Below are positions 50,325 through 60,576 of a DNA stretch of 64,000 nucleotides, piece after piece. The notes beneath the pieces were generated by a model that saw only the letters and a program-made list of their open reading frames with translations, did no database searches and was not told the DNA's origin. Origin of the DNA: Vulcanimicrobiota bacterium (lineage in GTDB: Bacteria; Vulcanimicrobiota; Vulcanimicrobiia; Vulcanimicrobiales; Vulcanimicrobiaceae). The stretch is taken from positions 384,001 to 448,000 of the forward strand of contig CAWHWQ010000001.1 in the NCBI GenBank assembly GCA_963833095.1, in the 5' to 3' direction. Made by a program: the position numbers and the translations under genes. Every line of letters starts with the position of its first letter. Positions within the stretch are counted from its first letter, which is position 1.

Positions 50325-50573
50325 GAACGGCCCCCCGTTGAGAACGTCCTATGCGAATTTTCGCGCGGTAGCTGGATACGTCCAGCCGGCGTCAGCGCCT
50401 CGAAGCGCTGCTTTGGTGCGCGTATTCGCGGGCTATATGGCCCGGTGGATCTTGCGGCTCCAAGTCGGCCGCCCTCCCTGCAGGGTTCGCGTTCCGCAAA
50501 CCCGTGGCGTTTTTGGGAGCTTATGCTCCCAAAATCCGCAGCTGATATGCTGCAGCATCCACTGGATGCTGTC
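50325..50573 (-). ncRNA. candidate structured ncRNA of unknown family
   Basis: At least 7 hairpins and a multiway junction; upstream TTGCTG-17-TAGAAT promoter; no credible ORF. Confidence 0.55.
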
Positions 50574-50576
50574 TAC

Positions 50577-50605
50577 ATTCTATTCCGATAAAAGTCGTAC
50601 AGCAA
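50577..50605 (-). promoter_or_regulatory. sigma70-type promoter
   Basis: TTGCTG (50605-50600), 17 nt, TAGAAT (50582-50577). Confidence 0.6.
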
Positions 50606-50621
50606 GTGGGAATCACCCAAC

Positions 50622-52013
50622 CTACGGCGACGGAGGAGACGGGCGAGTGAACGGCACCAGCGCGCGCTCGGTGCATGGTGCGCTAGCGTGCGCCTCCACG
50701 ATCGGCGGTCCGAGGCCACCGTGAGCGGAACCACCAACGGATGTGCTCACAATGATCCCGCCGGCGACATTGTGCGTCATGTTCCCCTGCATTGCGACTG
50801 GTTGTGAGTTCTGTGGATAGCGTACCAGCCAGCCTTCGCAGATTAGCGCTGGGCCCACGCGATGGGTACTCGTCACCCACATCCGATCGAGTGCATCGCT
50901 GCCCGCGCCACGCTCTTCGTATGTGAACTTGGTCATCGCGACGACATCGGGTGGCGGCGTCGGATCCATCGAGCCGTTGAGCCCAACGTGGAAATTCGTG
51001 CTCGATTGCGTCGGGTTGACCGCATTGTGCGGGATCATTTTGCCGAGCAAATCGTTGAGATCGTTGTGAATTCCCGTTCCGGTCGAACGGCCGGACCCGG
51101 CCCCACCTGAAGCCGGCGGTTTTGGGGTCGGTGGCACCACGATCGGACGCTCCGGCCCGCTCTTTGTCCCCGCGTTTCCGGGCTTTGGCCCGGGCGAACC
51201 CTCGGCCTTGGGACCGGGCGACGGGTGCGTTCCGGTGGTCGTCGCTAGCTTGGCGGCGCCTTGCGTCGGGCTTGGGCTCGGAACGCCTGGATTCGCCGCC
51301 GGCGCTTTGCTCGGTTGATTGGCTGGTTGCGGGGATGCGCTCGGAGCGATCGTTGCGCGCGAAGCAACGACGGTCGCTGCGGTGGGAGCAGCTGTCGGCG
51401 CAGCGCTTGGCGCGGGCGTCGCCGGTCTGGATGTCGGTGCCGCAGTTGGTGCTGGTGGACGCGCTGTCGGTTTTGCGGTCGGCACGATCGACGGAACGGG
51501 ACTTGGAGCGGCAGTCGGCGGGATTCGGACCGCGACCGATTCGACCGCGACCGATGGCATCGCGGTCGGCACGGCGGGCAATTCATTTTGTGGCTTCGGC
51601 TCGTAAATCGCCGTTGTGGGCTCAGGGTTGGGTTGGGTGGAAGCTTGCGGCGCAGGCGTCGGGTTCGGCGGCGCGGTCGGCTTGAATTGCGAAAGCTCGT
51701 GGTGCTGCGGGGGTTGTGGTTGGCGCTTGGGTTGCACGAGCGGCGGATGATGCACAACCGGCGCGATGCGCGGGACATTTGGAACCGGCGCGGCTTGTTG
51801 CGCCGGCGCCGCCACTTGCGCAACAATCGGCGCGCGCTGCTCAAGGGTGACGAGCGTCCCTCCGGAGACCGATTCGCTTGCGCCTTCCTGCGACGAGCTC
51901 GAGACCAACGAAAAAAGTAGCGCGGCCAGGAGCGCATGCACGACCAACGATGCGAGGTAGCTCCCCGCGAGTCGCTCGCGCCGTCGTGGGTCACGCGGAT
52001 CGCGTTTGAGCAT
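50622..52013 (-). CDS. Pro/Ala/Thr-rich membrane-anchored protein (TonB/TolA-like anchor)
   Basis: TM helix with SLVVHALL, long proline-rich linker, small C-terminal domain. Confidence 0.75.
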   Translation of the reverse strand: MLKRDPRDPRRRERLAGSYLASLVVHALLAALLFSLVSSSSQEGASESVSGGTLVTLEQRAPIVAQVAAPAQQAAPVPNVPRIAPVVHHPPLVQPKRQPQPPQHHELSQFKPTAPPNPTPAPQASTQPNPEPTTAIYEPKPQNELPAVPTAMPSVAVESVAVRIPPTAAPSPVPSIVPTAKPTARPPAPTAAPTSRPATPAPSAAPTAAPTAATVVASRATIAPSASPQPANQPSKAPAANPGVPSPSPTQGAAKLATTTGTHPSPGPKAEGSPGPKPGNAGTKSGPERPIVVPPTPKPPASGGAGSGRSTGTGIHNDLNDLLGKMIPHNAVNPTQSSTNFHVGLNGSMDPTPPPDVVAMTKFTYEERGAGSDALDRMWVTSTHRVGPALICEGWLVRYPQNSQPVAMQGNMTHNVAGGIIVSTSVGGSAHGGLGPPIVEAHASAPCTERALVPFTRPSPPSP

Positions 52014-52080
52014 GCGCGGTGATTATGCGCTTAAACGAGCGCAGGAGCCTGCAAGCACGGACGCGCATCTGCACGCTTTC

Positions 52081-53514
52081 ATGGAACACCTGTTGCAAAA
52101 ACGCACCAAGATCGTCGCCACCATCGGACCCGCGTCGCGCGATCCCGATGTCATGCGTTCGCTCTTCGTTTCGGGCGCAAATGTTCTGCGCTTGAATTTT
52201 TCGCACGGAACTCCAGCCGATCACGCCGAGGTCATCGCGACCGCGCGCCGCATTGCGACAGAGCTCGATATTCAGATCGCGATTTTGCAAGATCTCCCCG
52301 GTCCCAAAGTCCGCACGGGAAAGCTGAGGGACGACCTGCCGACCGTGCGCCTGGAGCGCGGCAATCGATTCGTGCTTACCACCGATGAGATACCGGGCGA
52401 CGATACCCGAATCAGCGTGCAATATAAGAATCTCCCACGCGACGTCGCGGTGGGAAATCGCATTTATCTCCAAGATGGCCAGATCACGCTGCGCATCACG
52501 GGCAAGACCGAGACTGAGATCGATACGACGATCGAATTCGGGGGCGACCTGCGCTCGACACAGGGCATCAACTATCCCGACGGCACGCTGGACATCCCAT
52601 CGGTCACCGATCGCGATTTCGAATTCCTGGCCTTCGGAATCGAACAACGCGTCGATTACGTCGCGGTTTCATTCGTTCGTTCGGCTGACGATATCGCACG
52701 CGTCAAGGACTTCATGGCGGAGCGCAGCCACATGATTCCCGTGATCGCGAAGATCGAGAAACACGAAGCCCTCGAGGACCTCGACAACATCATCGATGCT
52801 GCCGACGGTGTCATGGTCGCACGCGGAGACCTCGGCATCGAGATTCCGCTCGAGCAAGTGCCGCTGGTGCAAAAGGCAATGATCGCCAAATGCAATCGTG
52901 CGAGTAAGCCCGTCATTACGGCCACGCAGATGCTCGAGTCGATGACGTTCAGTTCAAAGCCGACGCGCGCAGAGGTGGCCGACGTTGCCAATGCCATCCT
53001 CGACGGGACCGACGCGGTGATGCTCTCGGGCGAGACTGCCCGCGGACAGTTCCCGACCGAGTCGGTGCGCACGATGGCCGAGATCGCGCGCGAAGTGGAG
53101 AAGAATTACCCACACGTGACGTTGCGCGAGCGGCGTCTCGCGGGCATGAGCCCGACGGTAGCCACCTCGATAGCAGAAGCTGCGACGCGTGCCGCCGACG
53201 AGCTGTTCATCCCGTTTATCGCAACCGGCACGACCACCGGGAACACCGCGCACCATATCGCGGCGTTTCGCCCGCGCGCGCGAATCATTGCGCTCACACC
53301 TTCGCCCGAAGTCGCGCGACGACTGGCGCTGCTCTGGGGCACGGAAGCGCTACTGATCGAGCGCTATAGTTCGTTCGACGTGTTGCTCTTCATGACCGAA
53401 CAACGGATGACGCAGGCCGGCATCGTGCGCTCGAAGGACTTGATCGCGTTCACGACCGGTATGCCGGTCGGCTCCGGCGGCACCAACCTTCTCAAGATCC
53501 ATGAAATCCCCTAA
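52081..53514 (+). CDS. pyk: pyruvate kinase
   Basis: TKIVATIGP, RLNFSHG, MVARGDLG, ATQMLES. Confidence 0.97.
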   Translation: MEHLLQKRTKIVATIGPASRDPDVMRSLFVSGANVLRLNFSHGTPADHAEVIATARRIATELDIQIAILQDLPGPKVRTGKLRDDLPTVRLERGNRFVLTTDEIPGDDTRISVQYKNLPRDVAVGNRIYLQDGQITLRITGKTETEIDTTIEFGGDLRSTQGINYPDGTLDIPSVTDRDFEFLAFGIEQRVDYVAVSFVRSADDIARVKDFMAERSHMIPVIAKIEKHEALEDLDNIIDAADGVMVARGDLGIEIPLEQVPLVQKAMIAKCNRASKPVITATQMLESMTFSSKPTRAEVADVANAILDGTDAVMLSGETARGQFPTESVRTMAEIAREVEKNYPHVTLRERRLAGMSPTVATSIAEAATRAADELFIPFIATGTTTGNTAHHIAAFRPRARIIALTPSPEVARRLALLWGTEALLIERYSSFDVLLFMTEQRMTQAGIVRSKDLIAFTTGMPVGSGGTNLLKIHEIP

Positions 53515-54955
53515 ACGCTCGCACTTTCTTGCCGGACTCGCCGGTGCGGCGGCGCTGCCATACGTCGAGTGGGTTCGCCCGGCGTTGGCACAAAGTCCGC
53601 CGGCTAAGCTCTCGGACATCGAGCACTTCGTGATCTTGATGCAAGAAAATCGCTCGTTCGATCACTATTTCGGCACGCTTTCCGGCGTTCGCGGCTATAG
53701 CGACCCGGGCGCCGGAATCTTGCTGAACGGCAATACAGTGTTCCACCAGCCCGACGGCGAGAGTCGCGACGGCTACGTCTTGCCGTTTCACCTCGACACA
53801 AAGACTACCAACGCGCAGCGATTACACGACCTTAGTCACTCGTGGAACGCGCTGCACGCCTCGTGGAACCGCGGCCGTCTCGACGGTTTCGTCAGCGCGC
53901 ACCGCGCCACCGACGACGGAAGCGGACCCCTCACAATGGGTTACTATACGCGCGACGACCTGCCGTTTTACTACGCGCTTGCGGATGCGTTTACGATCTG
54001 CGATGGCTACCACTGTTCAATGATGGGTCCGACGTATCCAAACCGGTACTACTGGATGAGCGCGATCGATCGATCCCGATGGCATGCACGGCGGACCGGC
54101 GCTCAATAACAGGACGACGCGGTTGACCTGGGAGACGTATCCGGAACGCCTGCAGCGCGCCGGCGTTTCGTGGCGCATCTACCACGAATCACCCGAACCC
54201 GGCTTTCCGATCGGTCTGAACACATTATGAACTTCGCCGCGTTTCAGGATGCGCAATCACGGCCGACGTCACCGCTCTACGAATATGCGGTGAAAACCCG
54301 AGCGGTCGACGCGTTGCTCGACGATATGCGCACCGGCAACCTTCCGCAGGTGAGCTGGGTCGTGCCGCCCTACGCGATGTGCGACCATCCCGACCAACTG
54401 CCCGCAGCCGGCGAGAACTACGCGCGCCAAATCGTTGCAGCGCTCATGTCGAGTCCAGTGACCTGGGCAAAGACGGCGTTCATCATCGTCTACGACGAGA
54501 ACGACGGCCTCTTCGATCACGTCTTGCCGCCGACGCCGCCGCCCGGTACCCCCGACGAGTACGTCAATGGAGCGCCGATCGGTTTGGGCTTTCGCGTGCC
54601 CGCGTTGATCGTCTCGCCGTTTACTCGCGGCGGCTACGTCTGCGGCGACACCTTCGATCACACGTCGACGCTGCGACTGCTCGAATCGCGCTTCGGCGTC
54701 GAGGTCCCAAATTTGTCCGCGTGGCGACGCAACACCTGCGGCGACATGACCAGGGCGTTCGGCTTCGGGATGCCGGCCGATACCAGTGTTCCGGCATTGC
54801 CGCAGACGGCGCAAGCGCTGCTCGCGGTTGAGAAGGAGATCCTTACCCTACCACGGCCATCAGCGCCGGCGATTCAAACGATGCCGCAACAAGAGCCGGG
54901 CACGCGCAAACGCCGCGATGTCAAGGTCGCTTTCACCTTCTCATCCCGAGCGTAG
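53501..54955 (+). CDS. phospholipase C/phosphoesterase family protein, Tat-like signal (frameshifts ~54070-54220)
   Basis: MQENRSFDHYFG, GPTYPNR, YDENDGLFDHV, GLGFRVP, FDHTS. Confidence 0.9.
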
Positions 54956-55135
54956 CGAAGCGTAGTCGAGGGATCGCCTCACGTTCTTGACTTCGACATT
55001 CGGCCTCACTAAGCGCCTCGCGTCTCGCACAAGAGCTACATTGTCAGGGTGCTCGCCACCTAACGCAAGAGGCGGATGCAAAAGGTCCTACCGTCCCTCG
55101 ACTGCGGCGCTACGCGCCTACGCTCGGGATGACAA
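54941..55135. repeat. composite REP/MITE-like palindromic element
   Basis: TCATCCCGAGCGTAG...CTACGCTCGGGATGACAA with the nested core in reverse orientation. Confidence 0.85.
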
Positions 55136-55140
55136 AGTCG

Positions 55141-56169
55141 CTACGACAAGAGCTCGAGCGGCGAGGCGGCTTCGGCGACGCGCAGTTGATCCATCGTGCA
55201 CGCTTTCGGCTTTTTGTCGGGACGCCAGCGCAGAATTTTCGTGCCGTGTCGGAAGCGATCGCCGGTGACGTGATCGTAGCGCACCTCGACAACGAGCTTT
55301 GGCGCGAGTGGATACCACGGCTCCTCGGTTTGTTTCCAACGGCTGGGCCCGCCGGGCGCCGAACCGGTAAATCCTGGCGGCTTCTCGAGCGGTTGCACCT
55401 TCTTCAAAAGCGGTCCACGCTCGCTATCGCGGAAGCCGGAAGTGAATCCCACATGGTTGAGTTTGCCGGCGTCATCGTACAGTCCAAGCAACAGCGATCC
55501 AACGCCATTGCCCTGCTTGTTGAGCCGGTAGCCTCCGACGACGCAATCCGCCGTGCGGAGATGTTTGATCTTGACGCCGCCTTGGCGCGAGCCTGACGCG
55601 TAAGGAAGGTCACGCCGTTTAGCAATCACACCGTCGAGGGCGTTCCCGACACGCTGGTACCAGGCGTCGACGGTGGCACGATCTGTCGTGAATGGTGAGA
55701 GTGCGATCTCGCTCTTGGCGAAATATTTTCTCGCGAACGCATCGAGCGCTTTGCGTCGCTCATCGAGCGGCTTTTCTGTTAGGTTCTTGCCGCTCGCATC
55801 GACAAGCAGGTCGAACACGACATATCGCGCCGGTGTCTCCTGCGCGAGGCGCTTCACCCGAGTCCCCGCCGGATGTATGCGTTGTAAGAGGGCGTCGAAC
55901 GAGAGTTCATCGCCGACCTGAACCAGCAGCTCGCCGTCGAGCACGCACTGCTCGACCGTAAGCGCGCGCACGGCCTCAACGATCTCGGGAAAATATCGCG
56001 CGAGCGGCTGTCCGGCTTTCGATTGAAGATGGACGGTGTCGCCATCGCGGAACGCCATGCAACGGAAGCCGTCCCACTTCGGCTCGTACTGCCACTGCGG
56101 TCCTTGGGGAATCGTTTCGACTTGCACCAATTCCATCGGCTCGAAGTCTACATCGATCGGGAGCGTCAT
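55141..56169 (-). CDS. ligC: ATP-dependent DNA ligase, LigC type
   Basis: EPKWDGFR, LDGE, FDLL, KIKHLRTADCVV, RWRPDK. Confidence 0.88.
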   Translation of the reverse strand: MTLPIDVDFEPMELVQVETIPQGPQWQYEPKWDGFRCMAFRDGDTVHLQSKAGQPLARYFPEIVEAVRALTVEQCVLDGELLVQVGDELSFDALLQRIHPAGTRVKRLAQETPARYVVFDLLVDASGKNLTEKPLDERRKALDAFARKYFAKSEIALSPFTTDRATVDAWYQRVGNALDGVIAKRRDLPYASGSRQGGVKIKHLRTADCVVGGYRLNKQGNGVGSLLLGLYDDAGKLNHVGFTSGFRDSERGPLLKKVQPLEKPPGFTGSAPGGPSRWKQTEEPWYPLAPKLVVEVRYDHVTGDRFRHGTKILRWRPDKKPKACTMDQLRVAEAASPLELLS

Positions 56170-57083
56170 CCCAGTAGCGACGCCAAATTGAAGCGGCCTT
56201 TTTTGGCGACCATCGGCTTCCACAAGTCACCGACCAACGCGATTCGCGCGCGCACGTTGTCGACGCGAAAGTCGTCGATCTCAATGCCTGCTTCTACCTC
56301 GTCCCAGGTTACGGGCGTCGAGACGCTTGCCCGTGGCGCCGGCCGCACCGAGTAGACGCTCGCGAGCGTCGCGCCCCAACGATTCTGATTGTAGTCGACC
56401 AATACGCGGTCTTTCGGGCGCTTATCCTTGTGATAGGCGACCGTTGTGAGCTCTTTGGTGTGCTGGGCGAGCGCGTGCGCAAACTCTTTTGCGAACGTCC
56501 AGACTTCTTTTTGGGTGGGACCCCGTACGATTGGGACGTACACGTGCATCCCTTTGGATCCGGTCGTCTTCGCGTAACTCGGCATACCCAGGGCCAGCAG
56601 CCCGTCGCGCACCAGGAGCGCAACCTCCCGCACCATTCCAAAGGTCGATTCACCCGGATCGAGATCGAAGTGCACGTAGTCAGGACGGTCCACATCGTCG
56701 CAACGGGCATACCACTGATTGAGATCGATGCAGCCGAGGTTGATGACCCACATCAGCGCGGCCAGATCGTCGATCATCGGGAAGTCGATCACGTTGCCCG
56801 AGTCGTGCTCGATCCGGCAGGTGCGCAGCCACTCCGGGTGCGGTTGCGGCGTACGCTTCATGAAAAAGAAGTCGCCGTCGGCACCATGCGGATAGCGCTT
56901 CATCACCATCGCCCGCTCGGCAATGTGCGGCAGCAGCACGTCCGCGACATCCGCGTAGTACTGCAAGAGGTCGCCTTTGGTCAAACCGATCGCCGGAAAA
57001 AACACCTTGTTCACGTTTGTAACCGGAACCCGCTTGCGCCCGATCGAAAGCGTGACATTTGCCGCCTCGCGCGGAATCGTCAT
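56166..57083 (-). CDS. stand-alone LigD-type primase-polymerase
   Basis: KRYPHG, FFMK, FDLDP, KTTGSKGMH, DYNQN, YSVR. Confidence 0.9.
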   Translation of the reverse strand: MTIPREAANVTLSIGRKRVPVTNVNKVFFPAIGLTKGDLLQYYADVADVLLPHIAERAMVMKRYPHGADGDFFFMKRTPQPHPEWLRTCRIEHDSGNVIDFPMIDDLAALMWVINLGCIDLNQWYARCDDVDRPDYVHFDLDPGESTFGMVREVALLVRDGLLALGMPSYAKTTGSKGMHVYVPIVRGPTQKEVWTFAKEFAHALAQHTKELTTVAYHKDKRPKDRVLVDYNQNRWGATLASVYSVRPAPRASVSTPVTWDEVEAGIEIDDFRVDNVRARIALVGDLWKPMVAKKGRFNLASLLG

Positions 57084-58711
57084 CGCGCGCGCAACAACAT
57101 CCGGGCGTGTTCGAGCGCGATGTCGTGGGATTCGCCCGAGAGCATGCGCGCCAGTTCCGCCGCGCGAGCCTCTTCGCCGGAAATCTCGCGCACCGAGATT
57201 GCGGTCGCGCCCGCCTTCTCGTGCTTTTCGAGGACGTAGTGCCGATCCGACCAGGTTGCGAGTTGCGCGAGGTGGGTGACGCAGACTACCTGCGCTTCGC
57301 GCGCGAGCCGGCCGATACGCGCTCCAACCGCGGTGGCGGTCGCACCGCCGATGCCGGTGTCGATCTCGTCGAAGATCAGCGCCGTGCGATCGCGCGCCCC
57401 GGCGAGCACCACGACGAGCGCGAGCAGTACCCGCGAGAGTTCTCCGCCCGAGGCGACCCGCGCGAGCGGACGCAGCGGCTCACCCTTGTTGGCTGCAAAC
57501 ACGAACTCGATCGGCTCAAACGATACGTCGAAGCGGGCTGACGAGAGCGCAAGCGCGCCGAGCTCCTCGCGCATCGCCGCTTTGAGCCGCACGGCCACCC
57601 CCTCGCGAATCGTGCGCAGGCGCGCTTCATTGGCGGCGAGACCGGCCTCGGCTTCGCGCAGCGCTGTGGCGAGCTGCGCCGTTCGCTCGTCACGCGTTTC
57701 GAAGGCCTCGACGATCGCTCGCACCTGTTGCTCGCTCGCCAGTACCGCTTGGATCGTGCCGCCGTGCTTGCGTTTGAGACGATCGAGCAGATCGAGCCGC
57801 GCGTTGATCGACTCCAGCTCGGCCGAATCGAATTCGGTCGCGTCGAGCTGGCGCGCAATCTGCGTCGCCAGTTCGCTGGTATCGCTCTGCAGCGCAGCGG
57901 CAGTATCAGCCATGGCGCGCAAGTCGGCCGAGATATCGCCGATCCCGTGCAGCGCTACGCTCGCTATTCCGAGCGCCCCCGTAGCGCTCTCTCCGTCGCC
58001 GCCGAGCGCATCATGCGCGGTGCGCAGCGCGGCGGCAATTCGCTCGACATTGTCAAGGTAGCGCCGTCGCTCCGCGAGGCGCTCGTCCTCGCCGATCTCC
58101 GGCGCGACACCTACGATCTCGTCGAGAGCAAATCGCGCATCATCGTAGCGCTCCTGGGCGCGGCGTTCATCTCCACTGAGCGCGCGGAGATCCTCCGCGC
58201 ACGCGCGTACCCGAACACGCGCGGAAGCAACGATGTTGCGCGCCTCGATTGCCGCAGTCCCGGCGAAGCGATCGAGCAGTTCGACGTGATAGGCCGGCAA
58301 AAGCAGCCGCTGCGCATCATGTTGACCCACGATCTCCGCGACTTGCGTACCGATCTCGCGCACGTAACTCGCCGTCGCAATGCGTCCGTTGACGCGCATG
58401 CTCGACTTTCCCGCGTCGTTCATCTCTCGCACGAACGTCGCGTCCTCGCCCGGATCGAGCTCGAAGCCGTCGGCGACCAGACGTTCGCGCACGGCAACGC
58501 TTGGCTCGAAACTGAGCGTTACCGTTGCACGAGTCGCACCGCTCCGCACCACCTCGGCACTGGCACGCTCTCCGAGCGCAAAGTCAAGGGCCCCGAGAAT
58601 CATCGTCTTGCCCGAGCCGGTTTCGCCGGTAAAGATCGTCGCGCCCGGGCTGAACTCGATCGCACCGCGAGCGATCAAGCCGAAGTTCTCGATCTCCAGG
58701 CGCGTCAACAT
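57080..58711 (-). CDS. recN: DNA repair protein RecN
   Basis: GETGSGKT, ASGGELSR, FDEID, VTHLAQ. Confidence 0.95.
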   Translation of the reverse strand: MLTRLEIENFGLIARGAIEFSPGATIFTGETGSGKTMILGALDFALGERASAEVVRSGATRATVTLSFEPSVAVRERLVADGFELDPGEDATFVREMNDAGKSSMRVNGRIATASYVREIGTQVAEIVGQHDAQRLLLPAYHVELLDRFAGTAAIEARNIVASARVRVRACAEDLRALSGDERRAQERYDDARFALDEIVGVAPEIGEDERLAERRRYLDNVERIAAALRTAHDALGGDGESATGALGIASVALHGIGDISADLRAMADTAAALQSDTSELATQIARQLDATEFDSAELESINARLDLLDRLKRKHGGTIQAVLASEQQVRAIVEAFETRDERTAQLATALREAEAGLAANEARLRTIREGVAVRLKAAMREELGALALSSARFDVSFEPIEFVFAANKGEPLRPLARVASGGELSRVLLALVVVLAGARDRTALIFDEIDTGIGGATATAVGARIGRLAREAQVVCVTHLAQLATWSDRHYVLEKHEKAGATAISVREISGEEARAAELARMLSGESHDIALEHARMLLRAR

Positions 58712-58720
58712 CGCTGGACC

Positions 58721-59596
58721 TTACCGCGTAACGGCCCGAATGGAAACGCCCCAACGCATCTTTTCTTCCAGACGCTCGAAGAAGCGCAGCGGCGAAAGGC
58801 GCGCGAACTGCACGTTTTTGGGATGCCGGCGCACGTTGACGACGGTGTTCGGGCCGATTTCGGCGAGGACATCGCCGTCGCACTCCAGGTGCGCGTGCGC
58901 GACGTCCGAGTCGCAGCCGACGCCGATCTCCGAAGTCGTCGGTACAATCAGCGGCCGCGAGAACAGCGTGTGCGGAAGCAAGGGTACGATGCCGAACGCA
59001 TCGACGCGCGGCGAGATGATCGAACCGCCGGCGGAGAGGAAATAGGCCGTCGACCCAGTTGCGGTCGCAATGCAAATGCCGTCGGCCGGGATGTCGGCGA
59101 TGTGCTCGTTATCCAGGCTCAAACCAAAGGGCACAATGCGTGACACGTCGCCCTTGCGCACCACCACGTCGTTGAGCGCAAAGTAGGTCCGCTCGCCGTA
59201 CTCCGCTTCGAGCGTCGAGCGCTCTTCAATCAGGAGACCTTCATCGACCAGGGTCGGCAGCTGCGCGATGCGCGGATCGCCGTCGTCGAGCTCGGTCAAA
59301 AAGCCGAGCCGCCCGGTGTTGATGCCCAAAAGCGGCACACCAATCTCCGTCGCGACGCGCGCCGCGCGAAGTAGCGTCCCGTCACCGCCTACCGTGATGA
59401 ACAGCGCGGCGTCTTCCGCGCGCGCGCCGTTGGTCGCGAGCTCAGCAACACCTTGCTGCCCCTTCCACGTCGCAATCTCGTAGCCGTGCGTGCGAAAACT
59501 CGACGCGATTTCGTGCGCGAGCGCGCGCGCGCTATCGCGCACCACATCGACGTAAAGCGCGATGAGTTTGCGACCGACGGCAAGACGAGTGAGCAT
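58721..59596 (-). CDS. nadK: NAD kinase
   Basis: GGDGT, GRLGFL, LND, TGSTAY. Confidence 0.94.
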   Translation of the reverse strand: MLTRLAVGRKLIALYVDVVRDSARALAHEIASSFRTHGYEIATWKGQQGVAELATNGARAEDAALFITVGGDGTLLRAARVATEIGVPLLGINTGRLGFLTELDDGDPRIAQLPTLVDEGLLIEERSTLEAEYGERTYFALNDVVVRKGDVSRIVPFGLSLDNEHIADIPADGICIATATGSTAYFLSAGGSIISPRVDAFGIVPLLPHTLFSRPLIVPTTSEIGVGCDSDVAHAHLECDGDVLAEIGPNTVVNVRRHPKNVQFARLSPLRFFERLEEKMRWGVSIRAVTR

Positions 59597-59598
59597 CG

Positions 59599-60369
59599 CT
59601 AGGGGCCTTCGCCGACGACGCCGTCTATCCGCTCGTCATCTATCGGGGCTGCGCCATGCCGCATTTCGGCCAAAAATTCGCGGTTGCCCGCCGGTCCCAG
59701 CAGCGGCGATGCGACCAGTTCGGCGATCGGTATATCGAGGGCGGTGGCCGCGTCGCGCACCTCGCGCAGCACCGCGCGGTGGACGGCAGGATCGCGCACC
59801 ACGCCGCCACCTCCTAAGCGTTCACGCCCGGCTTCGAACTGCGGTTTAACGAGCGCGACGATGCGCCCCGATGGCGCAAGATATCCGACGGCTCGCGCCA
59901 GGATGGTGCGCAGCGAAATGAACGACGTATCAATGACGATCAAGTTGAACGGCGCCGCAAACGCATCGTCCGGCAAACGGCGAAAGTTCGTGCGTTCCAT
60001 CACCGTCACTCGCGGATCGTTACGCAGCCGCCAATCGAGTTGACCGTATCCGACGTCGACGGCCGTGACGTGATTCGCACCACGCTGTAAGAGGCAGTCA
60101 GTGAAGCCGCCGGTCGAGGCGCCGACGTCGAGCGCATCCGTACCGCGTACGTCGAGGCCGAAAGCATCGAGCGCTCTTTCGAGTTTTTCGCCACCTCGGC
60201 TCACGAAACGCCGCGGGGCTTCGACGGTAATCTCGGCGTCATCGCGGACGCGCTGGCCTGCCTTGCCGGCGGGCTCGCCGCCGATGCGAACGCGCCCTTC
60301 CATGATCAAGCTCCGAGCCTGCGAGCGCGTTACACCCGCGCGCGCCGCCACCGCTTCATCGAGCCGCAT
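59599..60369 (-). CDS. tlyA: TlyA family rRNA methyltransferase
   Basis: S4 domain, VSRGGEKL, DVGASTGGFTD, KPQFE. Confidence 0.94.
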   Translation of the reverse strand: MRLDEAVAARAGVTRSQARSLIMEGRVRIGGEPAGKAGQRVRDDAEITVEAPRRFVSRGGEKLERALDAFGLDVRGTDALDVGASTGGFTDCLLQRGANHVTAVDVGYGQLDWRLRNDPRVTVMERTNFRRLPDDAFAAPFNLIVIDTSFISLRTILARAVGYLAPSGRIVALVKPQFEAGRERLGGGGVVRDPAVHRAVLREVRDAATALDIPIAELVASPLLGPAGNREFLAEMRHGAAPIDDERIDGVVGEGP

Positions 60370-60576
60370 TCATCCAGAGCTGGTCGAAGGGCCCATTGCC
60401 GCGTCGATTTGTTCCTGCGAGCTCTTCAAGAGCGCCTCGCACTGGGCCACCAGCGTCTTGCCTTCTTTGAACAGTTCGATCGCGCGGTCGAGTTGGACGC
60501 CCGACTCGAGCTCGCGTACGATCGCGTCGATACGCTCGAGTTTTTCTTCAAATTTCAGCGGCCCTTCGCTACTCAT
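60370..60576 (-). CDS. xseB: exodeoxyribonuclease VII small subunit
   Basis: FEEKLERI..IVRELE...LFKEG. Confidence 0.92.
   Translation of the reverse strand: MSSEGPLKFEEKLERIDAIVRELESGVQLDRAIELFKEGKTLVAQCEALLKSSQEQIDAAMGPSTSSG

Noticed and set aside
50325..50573. tmRNA, RNase P or SRP identity for the structured region
   Set aside because: No tRNA-like ends, no GAGGAAAGUCC and no SRP helix-8 motif visible
54060..54230. Two separate phospholipase genes
   Set aside because: They are N- and C-terminal halves of one phosphoesterase broken by indels
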